Assembly (NCBI GenBank): GCA_003167255.1
Contig: PMTR01000077.1
Coordinates: 21,546 to 85,545 of the forward strand
DNA from: Bryobacterales bacterium
GTDB lineage: Bacteria > Acidobacteriota > Terriglobia > Bryobacterales > Bryobacteraceae
Length of the DNA: 64,000 bases
Direction of reading: 5' to 3'
The notes under the pieces are model-generated. The model was not told the DNA's origin. It did no database searches and saw only the letters and a program-made list of their open reading frames with translations. This document shows positions 40,854 through 50,921 of this stretch, in pieces. Numbering within the stretch: the first letter of the stretch is position 1; each line of letters begins with the position of its first letter. Position numbers and translations under genes: made by a program.

Positions 40854-42184
40854 TTGGTAACCGGCACGCCGGGTGCGTCGGACACTTTGGAGCTTGTTGT
40901 CGCCGTAAGGTCCCGGTTTATGGCCTCCAGATGACTGAGTTCTCCCTGCAGCCTTGCCCAGTCGCCTTCGTTGGCCTTGGTCGCGATCGGAAGGTTCAGG
41001 TCCTGGTAGAAAGCCAGAATCTCGCTCCTGAGGTCTTGCTGCAGATCTGCGTAGTGACCTTCCAACTTGTTCAGCAGCTTCGCGTACGCAGCGTCGGCCA
41101 GCTTGTATTCGCCTGCCTTTGTGGCTGCGCCCACGTCAAAATTGTCATTGAGCAGGCGAAGCCGGCCGCTACCCACGTCGGCGAGCAACGCGCGATACCG
41201 GTCGATCGACGCGTTGAAGCTGGTCATGTACAAGTGTTCGATCTCTGGCGTCATCTTCTTAAATGCCAGCGCTTTGAATGGGCCTACTCGGGGCACGATG
41301 CGGAAGAAGGCTGCCAGCATTCTCGACCGGATACCCGGCCGTTGATAGGTGGCGCCCCAGTACTTTTCGTAGCTGGAGCGGGACAGGTTGTAGAGGAACT
41401 TCTTGCGGGTGATATCGGGAGCATCTTTCCTGATCTCCTGACTCTTGATTTGCCAAGCGACTTTGGTCAGGGCTGGGAGAACGGTCCCGACCGCCCGCCG
41501 GTACGATCCGATCGCCAGATCGAGGTCGAAGAATACTTGCTCGATCCTCAGTCCATATGTGTCCTGAAAGGCCCGCTGCAGCACCGGCTTGGCAACTTGA
41601 AAACCGATGAACTCTTTGTAGGCCGCCGAAGCGTAGTGGTTCTTGGCGGCCTGAAACACATCGAATGCAAACTCTATTTTCATGTGCGAGAAAGGATCGT
41701 CCGCATAGGTTACCGACTTCCCGAATTTCAGATCCAGCTTCGGGTAGATCAGCGGCACCGAGACGTTCACGGCTATGCGGTGGCCATCGTTGTCGGAAGC
41801 GTAATGCGCTAGCGCGCCCAATGCGAATGCGTACTCGTTGAGATCCTGGGATTCGCGAATCATGTTGGCGATGAAGTCGCCGCTCCGGACGTAATGCGTT
41901 AAATCGCTGTAGAACTTACTGCCAAACGGATAATATCCCAAATCCTGAATGATGCTGCCGCCGTAGGCGTAAGCGTGCGCCTGCGTCAACTCATCCGCGG
42001 TAGAAGCGGGAAATCGTTTCAGGAGCAGGGGCTTAATCGCGCTATCCCAAGTGGAATCGATAATGGCTTCGTGGGTGAGAACAGAGTACGAAGAGGCGCT
42101 TTGAGCTGAGAATAAGACCAACAGCCCCAACGTGGCGGAGAATCGCAGTTTCCAGAGCCGGCTCGATTTGTTGTGCTGAATCAT
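40850..42184 (-). CDS. Zinc-dependent phospholipase C-like protein
   Basis: Signal peptide, then SYSVLTHEAIIDSTWD.. and AYAYGGSIIQDLGYYPFG, as in the Zn-PLC family. The start ATG overlaps the upstream stop (ATGA). Confidence 0.6.
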   Translation of the reverse strand: MIQHNKSSRLWKLRFSATLGLLVLFSAQSASSYSVLTHEAIIDSTWDSAIKPLLLKRFPASTADELTQAHAYAYGGSIIQDLGYYPFGSKFYSDLTHYVRSGDFIANMIRESQDLNEYAFALGALAHYASDNDGHRIAVNVSVPLIYPKLDLKFGKSVTYADDPFSHMKIEFAFDVFQAAKNHYASAAYKEFIGFQVAKPVLQRAFQDTYGLRIEQVFFDLDLAIGSYRRAVGTVLPALTKVAWQIKSQEIRKDAPDITRKKFLYNLSRSSYEKYWGATYQRPGIRSRMLAAFFRIVPRVGPFKALAFKKMTPEIEHLYMTSFNASIDRYRALLADVGSGRLRLLNDNFDVGAATKAGEYKLADAAYAKLLNKLEGHYADLQQDLRSEILAFYQDLNLPIATKANEGDWARLQGELSHLEAINRDLTATTSSKVSDAPGVPVTK

Positions 42185-42810
42185 GGTCCCACTTTCTGCC
42201 GGAACACTTTGCTTTTGATATCCGGCCAGAACTCGGCTCCCAGATTGCCGGCCAGATCGAACCCGAGTGTCACCGACCCGCGGATGAATCCTTGGCGCGG
42301 GGTATTGAGACGGTCCGGATACCACATGTTGGAAAGGAAGGCTGCGCCGTAGTCACTGCCGAGACGCCAGGTGGACAGTGTCTCGCCGCCTGTGTCGGTT
42401 CGCGTGAGGATGGTTCCCCGAACCGCATGCGCCGCCCGGCGCCAGAATCCCGTGCCGCCCGATCGATAGTAACGCGGGTCTTGGTGCAGCGTGGAATCCA
42501 GGCCGAATGCGAGAGTGCCGTGGATCCCCGCCCAGCCTACCGCGGAGGCGAAGCGCTTGCCGTAGGCGGCGCCGCCCTGCCCCCACTCTTTCGGAGAGTC
42601 AAATTCCTGGAGAGTTGCAGCGTATGCGGCGAAGCCCACGATGGCCAACGGGCCATAGGCCTTTTTGGAATGAAACTGCAGCTTGGCTTTCCAATCGAAC
42701 GCATCGGGGGTCTGCGCAATCCCTGCAACCGGAATCGCCACAAAGAGCGCGAGTATCAGTCCTGCCACGACTTGACGGCTTGGTCGAAGCGGCGTCAGTA
42801 GTGTCTTCAC
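42181..42810 (-). CDS. Hypothetical exported protein
   Basis: 209-aa ORF with an N-terminal hydrophobic segment, translationally coupled to the PLC-like gene. Confidence 0.5.
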   Translation of the reverse strand: MKTLLTPLRPSRQVVAGLILALFVAIPVAGIAQTPDAFDWKAKLQFHSKKAYGPLAIVGFAAYAATLQEFDSPKEWGQGGAAYGKRFASAVGWAGIHGTLAFGLDSTLHQDPRYYRSGGTGFWRRAAHAVRGTILTRTDTGGETLSTWRLGSDYGAAFLSNMWYPDRLNTPRQGFIRGSVTLGFDLAGNLGAEFWPDIKSKVFRQKVGP

Positions 42811-42826
42811 AGAATCTCCGTTTTCT

Positions 42827-43141
42827 TCAGTCGGCCGGCAATGGTTGCGTCCGGAATGCCGCGAACAACGTGATTAAAGCCGCAATGCAGGTGAAGCCCA
42901 TCAGGAGAAAAATCTTAACCGCGAGAAAGAGTGGGCTGAAAACCACTACAATCGCCACAAATCCAGCGGCCCAAAAGTATTCCTTTAACCAAACCGCACG
43001 ATGCACAATGAGGATGGCGCCCAGACAAATCACGAAATCCATCAGGGGTTCGTAACTTGCGGCGAGACACGAAAACATGGCGGCAAGCAGTAAGACCGGA
43101 ATCGAAACCCACTTAATGATTCTCGTAACCGTTTGAAACAT
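42827..43141 (-). CDS. Small polytopic membrane protein (DUF6804-like)
   Basis: MFQTVTRIIKWVSIPVLLLAAMF..; 104 aa with four hydrophobic helices. Confidence 0.45.
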   Translation of the reverse strand: MFQTVTRIIKWVSIPVLLLAAMFSCLAASYEPLMDFVICLGAILIVHRAVWLKEYFWAAGFVAIVVVFSPLFLAVKIFLLMGFTCIAALITLFAAFRTQPLPAD

Positions 43142-43422
43142 CGTGTTCCCTTCCGCAGTATTGCCCGGGCGGGTACCGCGCTCTATACAAGGCATTCCGG
43201 GGCCCATCCGTACCGAATCCGCATAAGCTATATGTGCCTGCACGGCAGCCCCGTGGAGCCTGAGCGCATGGGTTGGGGAATTGACCGCGCGGGGTCATGT
43301 GGCCGCATTTGGTCAATGCGGAGGTGATTTCCAGCGGGTCTCTTTACTGTCATGAGCGCTTAGAGAGTTCGACGGGCCTCTTGGCTAACAACGTGCCTAA
43401 GCAAGCGAAGAGGAGTCGAATT

Positions 43423-43785
43423 GTGAAAACTAAATTGCTTGTGTTGCTGTTGTTGGCAGCGGGAGCGGTCTTCGCGCAGCTTTCCATCGGAGTGAGAATC
43501 GGCCCGCCGCCGCGGGCGCGTATAGTTAGGGTTCAGCCGCCAAGTCCCGGCGCCGGCTATTCCTTTGTAGGGGGCTACTGGTACCCTGTAGGCCACCGCT
43601 ATCAGTGGCACGCGGGATACTGGACCCGCCCGGCGTACGCCGGCGCACATTGGGTGGAGCCTCGTCATGATGGAACGCTTTTCTATGACGGCTACTGGGA
43701 TGGCGATCGCGGCCGGGTCGCTCACGACCATCACTCCGATCGTGACCGCGAACGCGACTTCAATCGCGACCATGACCGTCACTAG
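43423..43785 (+). CDS. Secreted Gly/Tyr/Trp-rich protein (YXWGXW-like repeats) with His/Asp/Arg tail
   Basis: AGGAG SD plus GTG start, signal peptide, GGYWYPVGHRYQWHAGYW..YDGYWDG, and a C-terminal HDHHSDRDRERDFNRDHDRH. Confidence 0.5.
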   Translation: MKTKLLVLLLLAAGAVFAQLSIGVRIGPPPRARIVRVQPPSPGAGYSFVGGYWYPVGHRYQWHAGYWTRPAYAGAHWVEPRHDGTLFYDGYWDGDRGRVAHDHHSDRDRERDFNRDHDRH

Positions 43786-44029
43786 GTCTGTGGGCGGGCG
43801 TTGACCACATTCGGTCACATGACCCCGTACGGTCAGTTCCTCATTCGATTGTTCAAATTGCGTGAGGCTGCCAAACGCGGGCATATTGTGACCGAACAAG
43901 GATTCGGTGCTGACGGGCCCTGAAATGCCTATGTAAAAAATGCGGGACATGCCCGCCGAGATCTACATTACGCCGAACCGAAAGGAACGGCAGACTACAA
44001 AATCTGGAGCAAAGGGAGAAAAGAAAGAA

Positions 44030-44779
44030 ATGAAACGATTTAAAGCAGCGACGACAGTGTGTTTTGTGGCGCTTATGGGCGCGGTGCTCGCACCAGGCGC
44101 CAAGGCCGACGATTGGAACAGAAAAACCGTAATGACCTTTAGCGGTCCCGTGGAGATTCCAGGGGTTCACCTCGTAGGGTGGGGTGTATTGCCCGCCGGC
44201 ACCTATGTGTTCAAGATTCTGAATTCGCAGTCCGACCGTCACATCGTCCAGATCTTCAGCCAAGACGAAAAGACTATCTACGCTACGATTCTGGCTATTC
44301 CGAACTATCGCCTAAAGGCGACCGACAAGACCGTAGTCACATTCCGGGAAAGACCGGCTGGTGAGCCGGAAGCGCTCCGCGCCTGGTTCTATCCCGGCAG
44401 AAATTGGGGCGAGGAATTCGTCTATCCGAAGGCGCAAGCGATCGCGCTGGCCAAGCAAACCAACGTGCCTGTCCTGTTTACGCCGGTTGAGCTTCCAGTC
44501 GAAGTGACCGAGTCGACGAAGTTGGTGGACACGGCTGTTGTAGCGCAAATGCAGCAGGCGCCCATCATGGCTATCAAGCCGACCGGAGAAGAAGTGCAAC
44601 TCGCCGAGGTGGTTACGCCGCCGCCGGCGGAGACGACTGTCGCTGCCACAACGACGACGGTAACAACGGAGACGACGCTCCCTTCCACGGCGAGCAATCT
44701 GCCGCTGATCGGGCTGCTCGGACTGATGGCCCTAGGCGGGGCTTTCGCTGTTCGTACGGCCGCAAGACGCCTTCAGTAA
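44030..44779 (+). CDS. Secreted protein with a C-terminal LPSTAS + TM + basic-tail sorting-signal-like motif
   Basis: Signal peptide and a Thr-rich linker, then LPSTASNLPLIGLLGLMALGGAFAVRTAARRLQ at the extreme C-terminus. Confidence 0.6.
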   Translation: MKRFKAATTVCFVALMGAVLAPGAKADDWNRKTVMTFSGPVEIPGVHLVGWGVLPAGTYVFKILNSQSDRHIVQIFSQDEKTIYATILAIPNYRLKATDKTVVTFRERPAGEPEALRAWFYPGRNWGEEFVYPKAQAIALAKQTNVPVLFTPVELPVEVTESTKLVDTAVVAQMQQAPIMAIKPTGEEVQLAEVVTPPPAETTVAATTTTVTTETTLPSTASNLPLIGLLGLMALGGAFAVRTAARRLQ

Positions 44780-44857
44780 TGCGTTCGTGATCCATCGCGC
44801 GGCGCGCCACCCCATAGGGCGCCGCGCGATGGGCACGGATCAAAGGGAGGAATCAGC

Positions 44858-46594
44858 ATGCGACAGAGAGTGATTCCGCTGCTGGCGCCCGCCACGATGC
44901 GGCGGCAGAGTCTGGTGGCTTGCGACGAGACCAAGGCTCGCGGATTGGCCGTACTCAATTCGCCGCTGTTGAACAAGGGGATGGCCTTCACTGCGGAAGA
45001 ACGAATAGCGCTGGGTCTCAGGGGTCTGCTCCCGCCGGACATTAGCTCGCTGGGGAGTCAGGTCAAGAGCGCCTACATCCAGTACGAGCGGCTCCCGGAT
45101 GCGCTGAGCAAGAACATCTACTTGACCGCCCTGCATGACCGCAACGAGGTGCTGTTTTACCGGCTGTTTTCAGAGCACTTGCGCGAAATGATCCCCATCG
45201 TCAACGATCTGACCGTCGGCAGGGCGATCAAGCAATATCACCATGAGTGCCGGCGTCCGAGGGGCGTGTATCTTTCGATCGACCATGCTGAAGCCATCGA
45301 TGAGGCGTTTGCCAACCTCGGCTTCGGCTCCGGCGATATCGACCTGATCCTCGCGACCGATGCCGAGCAAATCCCGGGAGTCGGCGATTGGGGTGTAGGC
45401 GGCATCGAGGTGTCGATTGGCAAGCTGGCGATTTACACGGCGGCCGGCGGCGTTGACCCGACCCGTGTGATCCCAGTGATGCTCGACGTCGGCACCAATC
45501 GGGAAAGTCTGCTGAATGATCCCACCTACATCGGGAACCGCCACGCCCGGATACGCGGAGAGCGCTACGATGCCTTCATCGACGCTTACGTCAAAGCCGT
45601 GACAACGCGGTTCCCGAATGTACTGCTACAGTGGGAGGACTTCGCGCCTGGCAACGGACGGCGCATCCTCGAGAAGTACCGCGGCCAGATTTGCACTTTC
45701 AACGAAGATCTTCAGGGCACCGGCGCCATCGCGCTGGCGGCGGCAATCTCCGCCGTCCGCGTCTGCGGGACGCCGTTGCGCCACCAGCGCGTGGTCATCT
45801 TTGGAGCCGGTACGGCAGGCATTGGAGCCGCCGACCAGATTTGCGGCGCCATGGTGCGCGAGGGGCTCTCCAAAGAGGATGCAGCCAGGCGCTTCTGGTG
45901 CGTGGACCGGCAGGGTCTACTCACAACCGACATGGCCGATCCACTGTGCGACTATCAGGTGTCGTACGCCCGGCCGGCCGCTGAAAGCAAGGGCTGGAAG
46001 CGGGACGAGAATGGAAACGGCGTAAGCCTGGCCGAGGTAGTGCGCCGGGTGACACCGACCATGCTGATCGGCGCGTCGACCGCCTCCGGCAGTTTCACGG
46101 AAGCGATCGTTAGGGAAATGGCGGCGCATACCGAGAGGCCGATCATCTTCGCACTCTCCAAGCCGCCGGCGCAGGCCGAGGCGAACCCGGCCGATCTGAT
46201 TGCCTGGACTGACGGGCGGGCGCTGATCTCGACCGGCAGCTCGTTCGCTCCAGTCACATATAAGGGCGTGACATACGTCGTCGCCCACGCGAACAATGCC
46301 ATGCTATACCCAGGCCTGGGCTTGGGCGCGATCGTCTCGCGAGCCAGCAGGATCAGTGACGGAATGTTCGCGGCCGCGGCCAGTGCCGTATCCAGTTTGG
46401 TGGCAGTGCGCCAGCCCGGTGCATCACTGCTCCCGCATATCGACGACTTACGCAGCGTGTCGGTGACGGTAGCGGTGGCCGTCGCCGAGGCCGCCCATGC
46501 GGAGGGCTTGGCCAGAGTCAAATTCGACGACATCGTTCAACAGGTGCAAGACGCGATGTGGCAGCCGGAGTACCGCCGGATCCATGCGTGCTGA
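44858..46594 (+). CDS. maeA: NAD-dependent malic enzyme
   Basis: LLNKGMAFTAEER, FNEDLQGTGA, GAGTAGIG dinucleotide fold and NNAMLYPGLGLG. GGGAGG SD. Confidence 0.9.
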   Translation: MRQRVIPLLAPATMRRQSLVACDETKARGLAVLNSPLLNKGMAFTAEERIALGLRGLLPPDISSLGSQVKSAYIQYERLPDALSKNIYLTALHDRNEVLFYRLFSEHLREMIPIVNDLTVGRAIKQYHHECRRPRGVYLSIDHAEAIDEAFANLGFGSGDIDLILATDAEQIPGVGDWGVGGIEVSIGKLAIYTAAGGVDPTRVIPVMLDVGTNRESLLNDPTYIGNRHARIRGERYDAFIDAYVKAVTTRFPNVLLQWEDFAPGNGRRILEKYRGQICTFNEDLQGTGAIALAAAISAVRVCGTPLRHQRVVIFGAGTAGIGAADQICGAMVREGLSKEDAARRFWCVDRQGLLTTDMADPLCDYQVSYARPAAESKGWKRDENGNGVSLAEVVRRVTPTMLIGASTASGSFTEAIVREMAAHTERPIIFALSKPPAQAEANPADLIAWTDGRALISTGSSFAPVTYKGVTYVVAHANNAMLYPGLGLGAIVSRASRISDGMFAAAASAVSSLVAVRQPGASLLPHIDDLRSVSVTVAVAVAEAAHAEGLARVKFDDIVQQVQDAMWQPEYRRIHAC

Positions 46595-46610
46595 CTGTGA
46601 CGGGGAGACT

Positions 46611-47591
46611 ATGAGAACGCCCGCAAGGGAACGAGATTGTTGCATCGCGCTCGCGATGCTTCTCCTCATCGGTCTCGCGGGCCATGCCAGATCTCAGGCT
46701 CCGGCGCCAATCCACGGTCAAGACCCGGAAACATTCAAAATCGCAGTGAACGTTGACCTGGTGGTGCTGCGCCCGTCGGTTCGCGACCATAAGGGTAGCT
46801 TCGTCTCCGATCTGCGCGAGCAGGATTTTGAGGTTTACGAAGACGGGGTGCGGCAGTCTATCCGGCTGTTCAAGCACGAAGACACTCCGGTCACCGTGGG
46901 GCTGGTGGTCGATCACAGCGGAAGCATGCACCATAAGATCCCGGATGTGATCGCCGCTGCCCGGACGTTCGCGCGATCCAGCAACCGGGAAGACCAGATG
47001 TTCGTGGTCAACTTCAATGAGAAAGTGACTCTGGGCCTGCCCGGCGCGATGGAGTTTACCGATAGCCCGGAGGAACTCGAGCGCGCCATCTCCAAAACGC
47101 CTGCCACGGGCCAGACGGCGCTTTACGACGCGCTCGCGTTGGCGTTAGAGCGATTGCAAGCAGCCAGCCGGGATAAGAAAGTGCTGATCGTCATCAGCGA
47201 TGGCGGCGACAACGCAAGCACGCACACCCTGGCCGAGGTTTTGAAGATGGCCGGGCAATCCAGCGCTCTGGTGTACACCATCGGCATCTTCGAGGAACAG
47301 GATCCGGACCAGAATCCGGACGTGCTCCGCCATCTCGCTCGGGCAACCGGCGGCGAAGCCTACTTCCCCGGACAACTCGATGAGGTCGTGCCGATCTGCG
47401 AACGCATCGCGCGCGATATTCGCAATCAATACACCATCGGATATTTTCCCGCCAGAGCGGCGCAGCCCGGCGTCTACCGGGCGATTCGTCTAGTCGCCAA
47501 CGGGACCGCCGGCAAGCTCTTCGTACGCGCGCGCTCCGGCTACATCGCCGGCGGCGAACAGGCTCCGGCGAAGCGCGAGATCGCGAAATGA
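46611..47591 (+). CDS. VWFA-related (acidobacterial-type) domain protein
   Basis: Signal peptide, FKIAVNVDLVVLRPSVRDHKGSFVSDLREQDFEVYEDG and the VDHSGSM MIDAS motif. Confidence 0.8.
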   Translation: MRTPARERDCCIALAMLLLIGLAGHARSQAPAPIHGQDPETFKIAVNVDLVVLRPSVRDHKGSFVSDLREQDFEVYEDGVRQSIRLFKHEDTPVTVGLVVDHSGSMHHKIPDVIAAARTFARSSNREDQMFVVNFNEKVTLGLPGAMEFTDSPEELERAISKTPATGQTALYDALALALERLQAASRDKKVLIVISDGGDNASTHTLAEVLKMAGQSSALVYTIGIFEEQDPDQNPDVLRHLARATGGEAYFPGQLDEVVPICERIARDIRNQYTIGYFPARAAQPGVYRAIRLVANGTAGKLFVRARSGYIAGGEQAPAKREIAK

Positions 47592-48220
47592 GAATTGTGA
47601 TCAGGAAAGGGGCGCTAAGGTCGGCCCTGCGGTCGGGCCAGTGGGTCCTCGGCGCCGCCGCCGTCTTGATGCTGGGTTATTGCGGACTGGTTTTGGCGGA
47701 CAGTTGGCGTTTCCAGAAAACGGAGCGCCGCCAGTTCGAACAACTGCTGCATGACCGGCAGGAAACCAGCGACCCGAGAATTCGCGCCTCGTCTTCCACT
47801 TCTTCGGGAATCTGGCCGCCGGCCGCGACCGGTGGCCTGATTGGCCGCATTGAAATTCCGCGTCTCGGCCTGTCGGTGATCGTGGTCGAAGGCGTGGATA
47901 GGCTCATCTTGCGCCGCTCGGTGGGCCATATTCCCGGTACGGCACTACCGGGACAGCCGGGCAACGTTGGTATTTCCGGGCACCGCGACACGTTCTTTCG
48001 GCCGTTGCGAAACATCCGGCAGGACGATATCATCACGCTTACCACGTTGCTCGGCGAGTACCGTTATCGCGTGGTGTCCACCAAGGTAGTGAGTCCATCC
48101 GATCTCGACGTGCTGGATCCCAGCGAAAATGAGATCCTTACCCTGGTCACCTGTTATCCGTTTTACTTCGTTGGCCCCGCCCCCGACCGGTTTATCGTTC
48201 GGGCCGAGAGGGTCACCTGA
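47588..48220 (+). CDS. Sortase-family transpeptidase
   Basis: N-terminal TM segment, GISGHRDTFF (catalytic His), ILTLVTCYPF (TLxTC Cys) and FIVRAE (Arg). ATGA overlap with the VWA gene. Confidence 0.85.
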   Translation: MRIVIRKGALRSALRSGQWVLGAAAVLMLGYCGLVLADSWRFQKTERRQFEQLLHDRQETSDPRIRASSSTSSGIWPPAATGGLIGRIEIPRLGLSVIVVEGVDRLILRRSVGHIPGTALPGQPGNVGISGHRDTFFRPLRNIRQDDIITLTTLLGEYRYRVVSTKVVSPSDLDVLDPSENEILTLVTCYPFYFVGPAPDRFIVRAERVT

Positions 48221-48361
48221 AAGAGCAACTTCGCTCTATTTTCACTCCGCCTAACCTGCTATACTGGTATCGGCATCCCCCACCATGAGCCGAGCGGCCG
48301 AGCTGTTCTCCGGCCAACTCACCGTCCGCCCCAGATGGCCTTTGCCAGAAGAGGACGAAAC

Positions 48362-48589
48362 ATGCGAAAAGATTCAGAAGTACAGCCTGCCACCCCTTTG
48401 GCGCCATGTCCCTTCCATAATGGTGATCAAGTATACCTGGCGAAGGGTTCCTATCAAGGCACCCTCGGCACTTTCCTCAATCTAAGGAGTGACCCTAAGT
48501 GGGCCGACATACGCGAACCAGGCGATAGCATTCGAGCGCATCCCGTGGAATGGCTGGCAGCCTCTATACAACCGAACGCTCACCAGTAA
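48362..48589 (+). CDS. Small hypothetical protein (KOW-like GDQVYLAKGSYQG)
   Basis: 75 aa from the internal ATG. Ends 3 nt before the GT4 gene. Confidence 0.35.
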   Translation: MRKDSEVQPATPLAPCPFHNGDQVYLAKGSYQGTLGTFLNLRSDPKWADIREPGDSIRAHPVEWLAASIQPNAHQ

Positions 48590-48592
48590 ATC

Positions 48593-50881
48593 ATGATCGA
48601 AGGTTCCAAGGTTGGCAGAATCGCGTTTCTCGGCAACTATGTGCCGCGCAAGTGCGGCATTGCCACATTTACGTCCGACCTCCTGACTGCCGTGGCAGCC
48701 GAGCACCCATCCAGTGAGTGCTTTTCGGTTTCCATGAACGACATCAAGGATGGCTATGAGTATCCGGATGTAGTTCATTTCGAAATTGAAGAACAGGACC
48801 TTTCATCGTATTTGCGCGCGGCGGACTTCCTGAACATCGGCAATGTCGATGTGGTGTGCCTGCAGCACGAGTTCGGAATATTTGGCGGTTCAGCCGGCAG
48901 CCACATTCTGGCGCTGTTGCGCGAGCTACGGATGCCGGTGGTGGTCACGCTCCACACGGTCCTGAGCGAACCGAGATTCGACCAACGGTTGGTAATGCAG
49001 GAGTTGATTGCGCTTTCGACCCGCCTGGTGGTGATGTCGGCCCGAGGACGGCAGATGTTGCAGGATGTTTACCATGCACCACCGACCAAGATCGACCTGA
49101 TCCATCACGGCATCCCCGACATACCGTTCGTGGATCCGAACGATCTGAAAGAGGAATTCGGCGTAGCCGGGCGGACCGTGTTATTCACATTCGGGCTGCT
49201 CTCCCCCAATAAGGGCATCGAGCACGTGCTGAACGCGCTGCCGAGGATTGTGGCGGAGTTCCCAAACGTGGTGTACATGGTGGTGGGGGCCACACATCCG
49301 AACGAGTTGCGCGAACGGGGCGAAGCGTACCGGGTTAGTCTTGAGATCCTGGCGGCCAAGAACAGAGTGGAGAAGAATGTTATTTTCTACAACAGCTTCG
49401 TCGCACTCGACACGCTGAAGGATTTGATCGGTGCGGCGGACATATACATCACGCCCTATCTCAATGAAGCCCAGAGTACGTCGGGCACACTCGCCTACAC
49501 CTTCGGTTCCGGCAAAGCGGTTGTGTCGACACCGTACTGGCACGCCGGCGAACTGCTGGCGGATGGACGCGGTGTGCTGGTTCCGTTTGGGAGCGCCGCG
49601 GCCCTGGCGACCGAAATAAGCGCGTTGCTGCGCGACGATGTCCGCCGGAACGCCATGCGGGAGGGTGCTTACAAGCTGGGCCGGGAGATGGTTTGGAGCA
49701 ATGTGGCGCGGCTGTATATGCGTTCCTTCGAGCTTTCGCGGCTCCAGGCCTTGTCGACGCTGCGGAAGTCCCTGTCCACGAAAACGCTGGACCAGAAGCC
49801 GCGTGAAGTACCCGAGGTGAAGCTGGATCATCTTTCGCGGATGACGGATTCGACGGGTATATTTCAACACGCCGTGTTCAGCGTGCCAAATTTTTCCGAA
49901 GGGTACTGCACGGACGACAACGCGCGCGCCTTTATCCTGGCGGTGCTGCTGGAAGAGTTGGGCCAGGAACCGGAACGCATACGCTCACTCGCCACAACCT
50001 ATGCGGCCTTTTTGTACCATGCGTTCGATCGCGTGACAGGACGCTTCCACAATCTTCTGGGTTTCGATCGTCATTGGCTCGACAAGCAAGGCTCGGAGGA
50101 CTGTCACGCCAGGGCCCTTTGGGCGCTCGGCGTGGGGGTTGGAACTTCCTCTTACCGCAGTTTCCAGGTGATGGCCGGCCAACTCTTCGTGGAGGCCCTG
50201 CCGGTGGTGGCGCGGTTTTCATCACCGCGGGCCTGGGCGTTCAGTTTGATTGGAATTCACGACTATTTGCGCCGGTTGAGCGGCGACAGCTTGGTGACCC
50301 AGACCCGCGAGACGCTGATCGCCCGCTTGATGGACTTGTATGATCGAACGGCCACGGCCGATTGGCCGTGGTTTGAACAGGTACTGAGTTACGACAATGC
50401 GAAACTCGCTCACGCCCTGATTCTGAGCGGCCGCGCTACAGGCCAAAAGGCGGTGTTGGATCGAGGTATTGAGACGCTTCGGTGGCTGGTGCAGATGCAA
50501 ACCTCCGAAAACGGGCACTTTCGGCCTATCGGCAGCAACGGGTTCTTCCGGCGCGGCGGTACGCGCGCCAACTTCGATCAACAGCCGGTGGAAGCGCAAG
50601 CGATGATGTCGGCGTGTCTGGAAGCCTATCGGTCCACGTCGGACTCCTGGTGGTACGAACAGGCCCGGCGTGCGTTTGACTGGTTCCTCGGCTGGAACGA
50701 TCTCGGATTGGAACTCTACTCGGCCGGGACCGGCGGCTGTCTCGACGGGCTGCACGTGGACCGGGTTAACCGCAACCAAGGCGCGGAATCCACGTTGGCG
50801 TTTTTGTTGTCGCTGGCGGAACTGCGGCTGACGCAAAACATTGTCACCAGCTTCAGGGCCCCGATTCTCATCGAGAGCTAA
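48593..50881 (+). CDS. Glycosyltransferase family 4 fused to a ~360-aa C-terminal alpha-helical (toroid-like) domain
   Basis: N-terminal GT4 fold (IAFLGNYVPRKCGIATF..; EAQSTSGTLAYTFGSGKAVVSTP). The C-terminal domain has a repeated helical pattern of unknown function. Confidence 0.8.
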   Translation: MIEGSKVGRIAFLGNYVPRKCGIATFTSDLLTAVAAEHPSSECFSVSMNDIKDGYEYPDVVHFEIEEQDLSSYLRAADFLNIGNVDVVCLQHEFGIFGGSAGSHILALLRELRMPVVVTLHTVLSEPRFDQRLVMQELIALSTRLVVMSARGRQMLQDVYHAPPTKIDLIHHGIPDIPFVDPNDLKEEFGVAGRTVLFTFGLLSPNKGIEHVLNALPRIVAEFPNVVYMVVGATHPNELRERGEAYRVSLEILAAKNRVEKNVIFYNSFVALDTLKDLIGAADIYITPYLNEAQSTSGTLAYTFGSGKAVVSTPYWHAGELLADGRGVLVPFGSAAALATEISALLRDDVRRNAMREGAYKLGREMVWSNVARLYMRSFELSRLQALSTLRKSLSTKTLDQKPREVPEVKLDHLSRMTDSTGIFQHAVFSVPNFSEGYCTDDNARAFILAVLLEELGQEPERIRSLATTYAAFLYHAFDRVTGRFHNLLGFDRHWLDKQGSEDCHARALWALGVGVGTSSYRSFQVMAGQLFVEALPVVARFSSPRAWAFSLIGIHDYLRRLSGDSLVTQTRETLIARLMDLYDRTATADWPWFEQVLSYDNAKLAHALILSGRATGQKAVLDRGIETLRWLVQMQTSENGHFRPIGSNGFFRRGGTRANFDQQPVEAQAMMSACLEAYRSTSDSWWYEQARRAFDWFLGWNDLGLELYSAGTGGCLDGLHVDRVNRNQGAESTLAFLLSLAELRLTQNIVTSFRAPILIES

Positions 50882-50921
50882 TGCCGGTCCACATTCTGTT
50901 TCTTTTCCACAACCAAATTGC

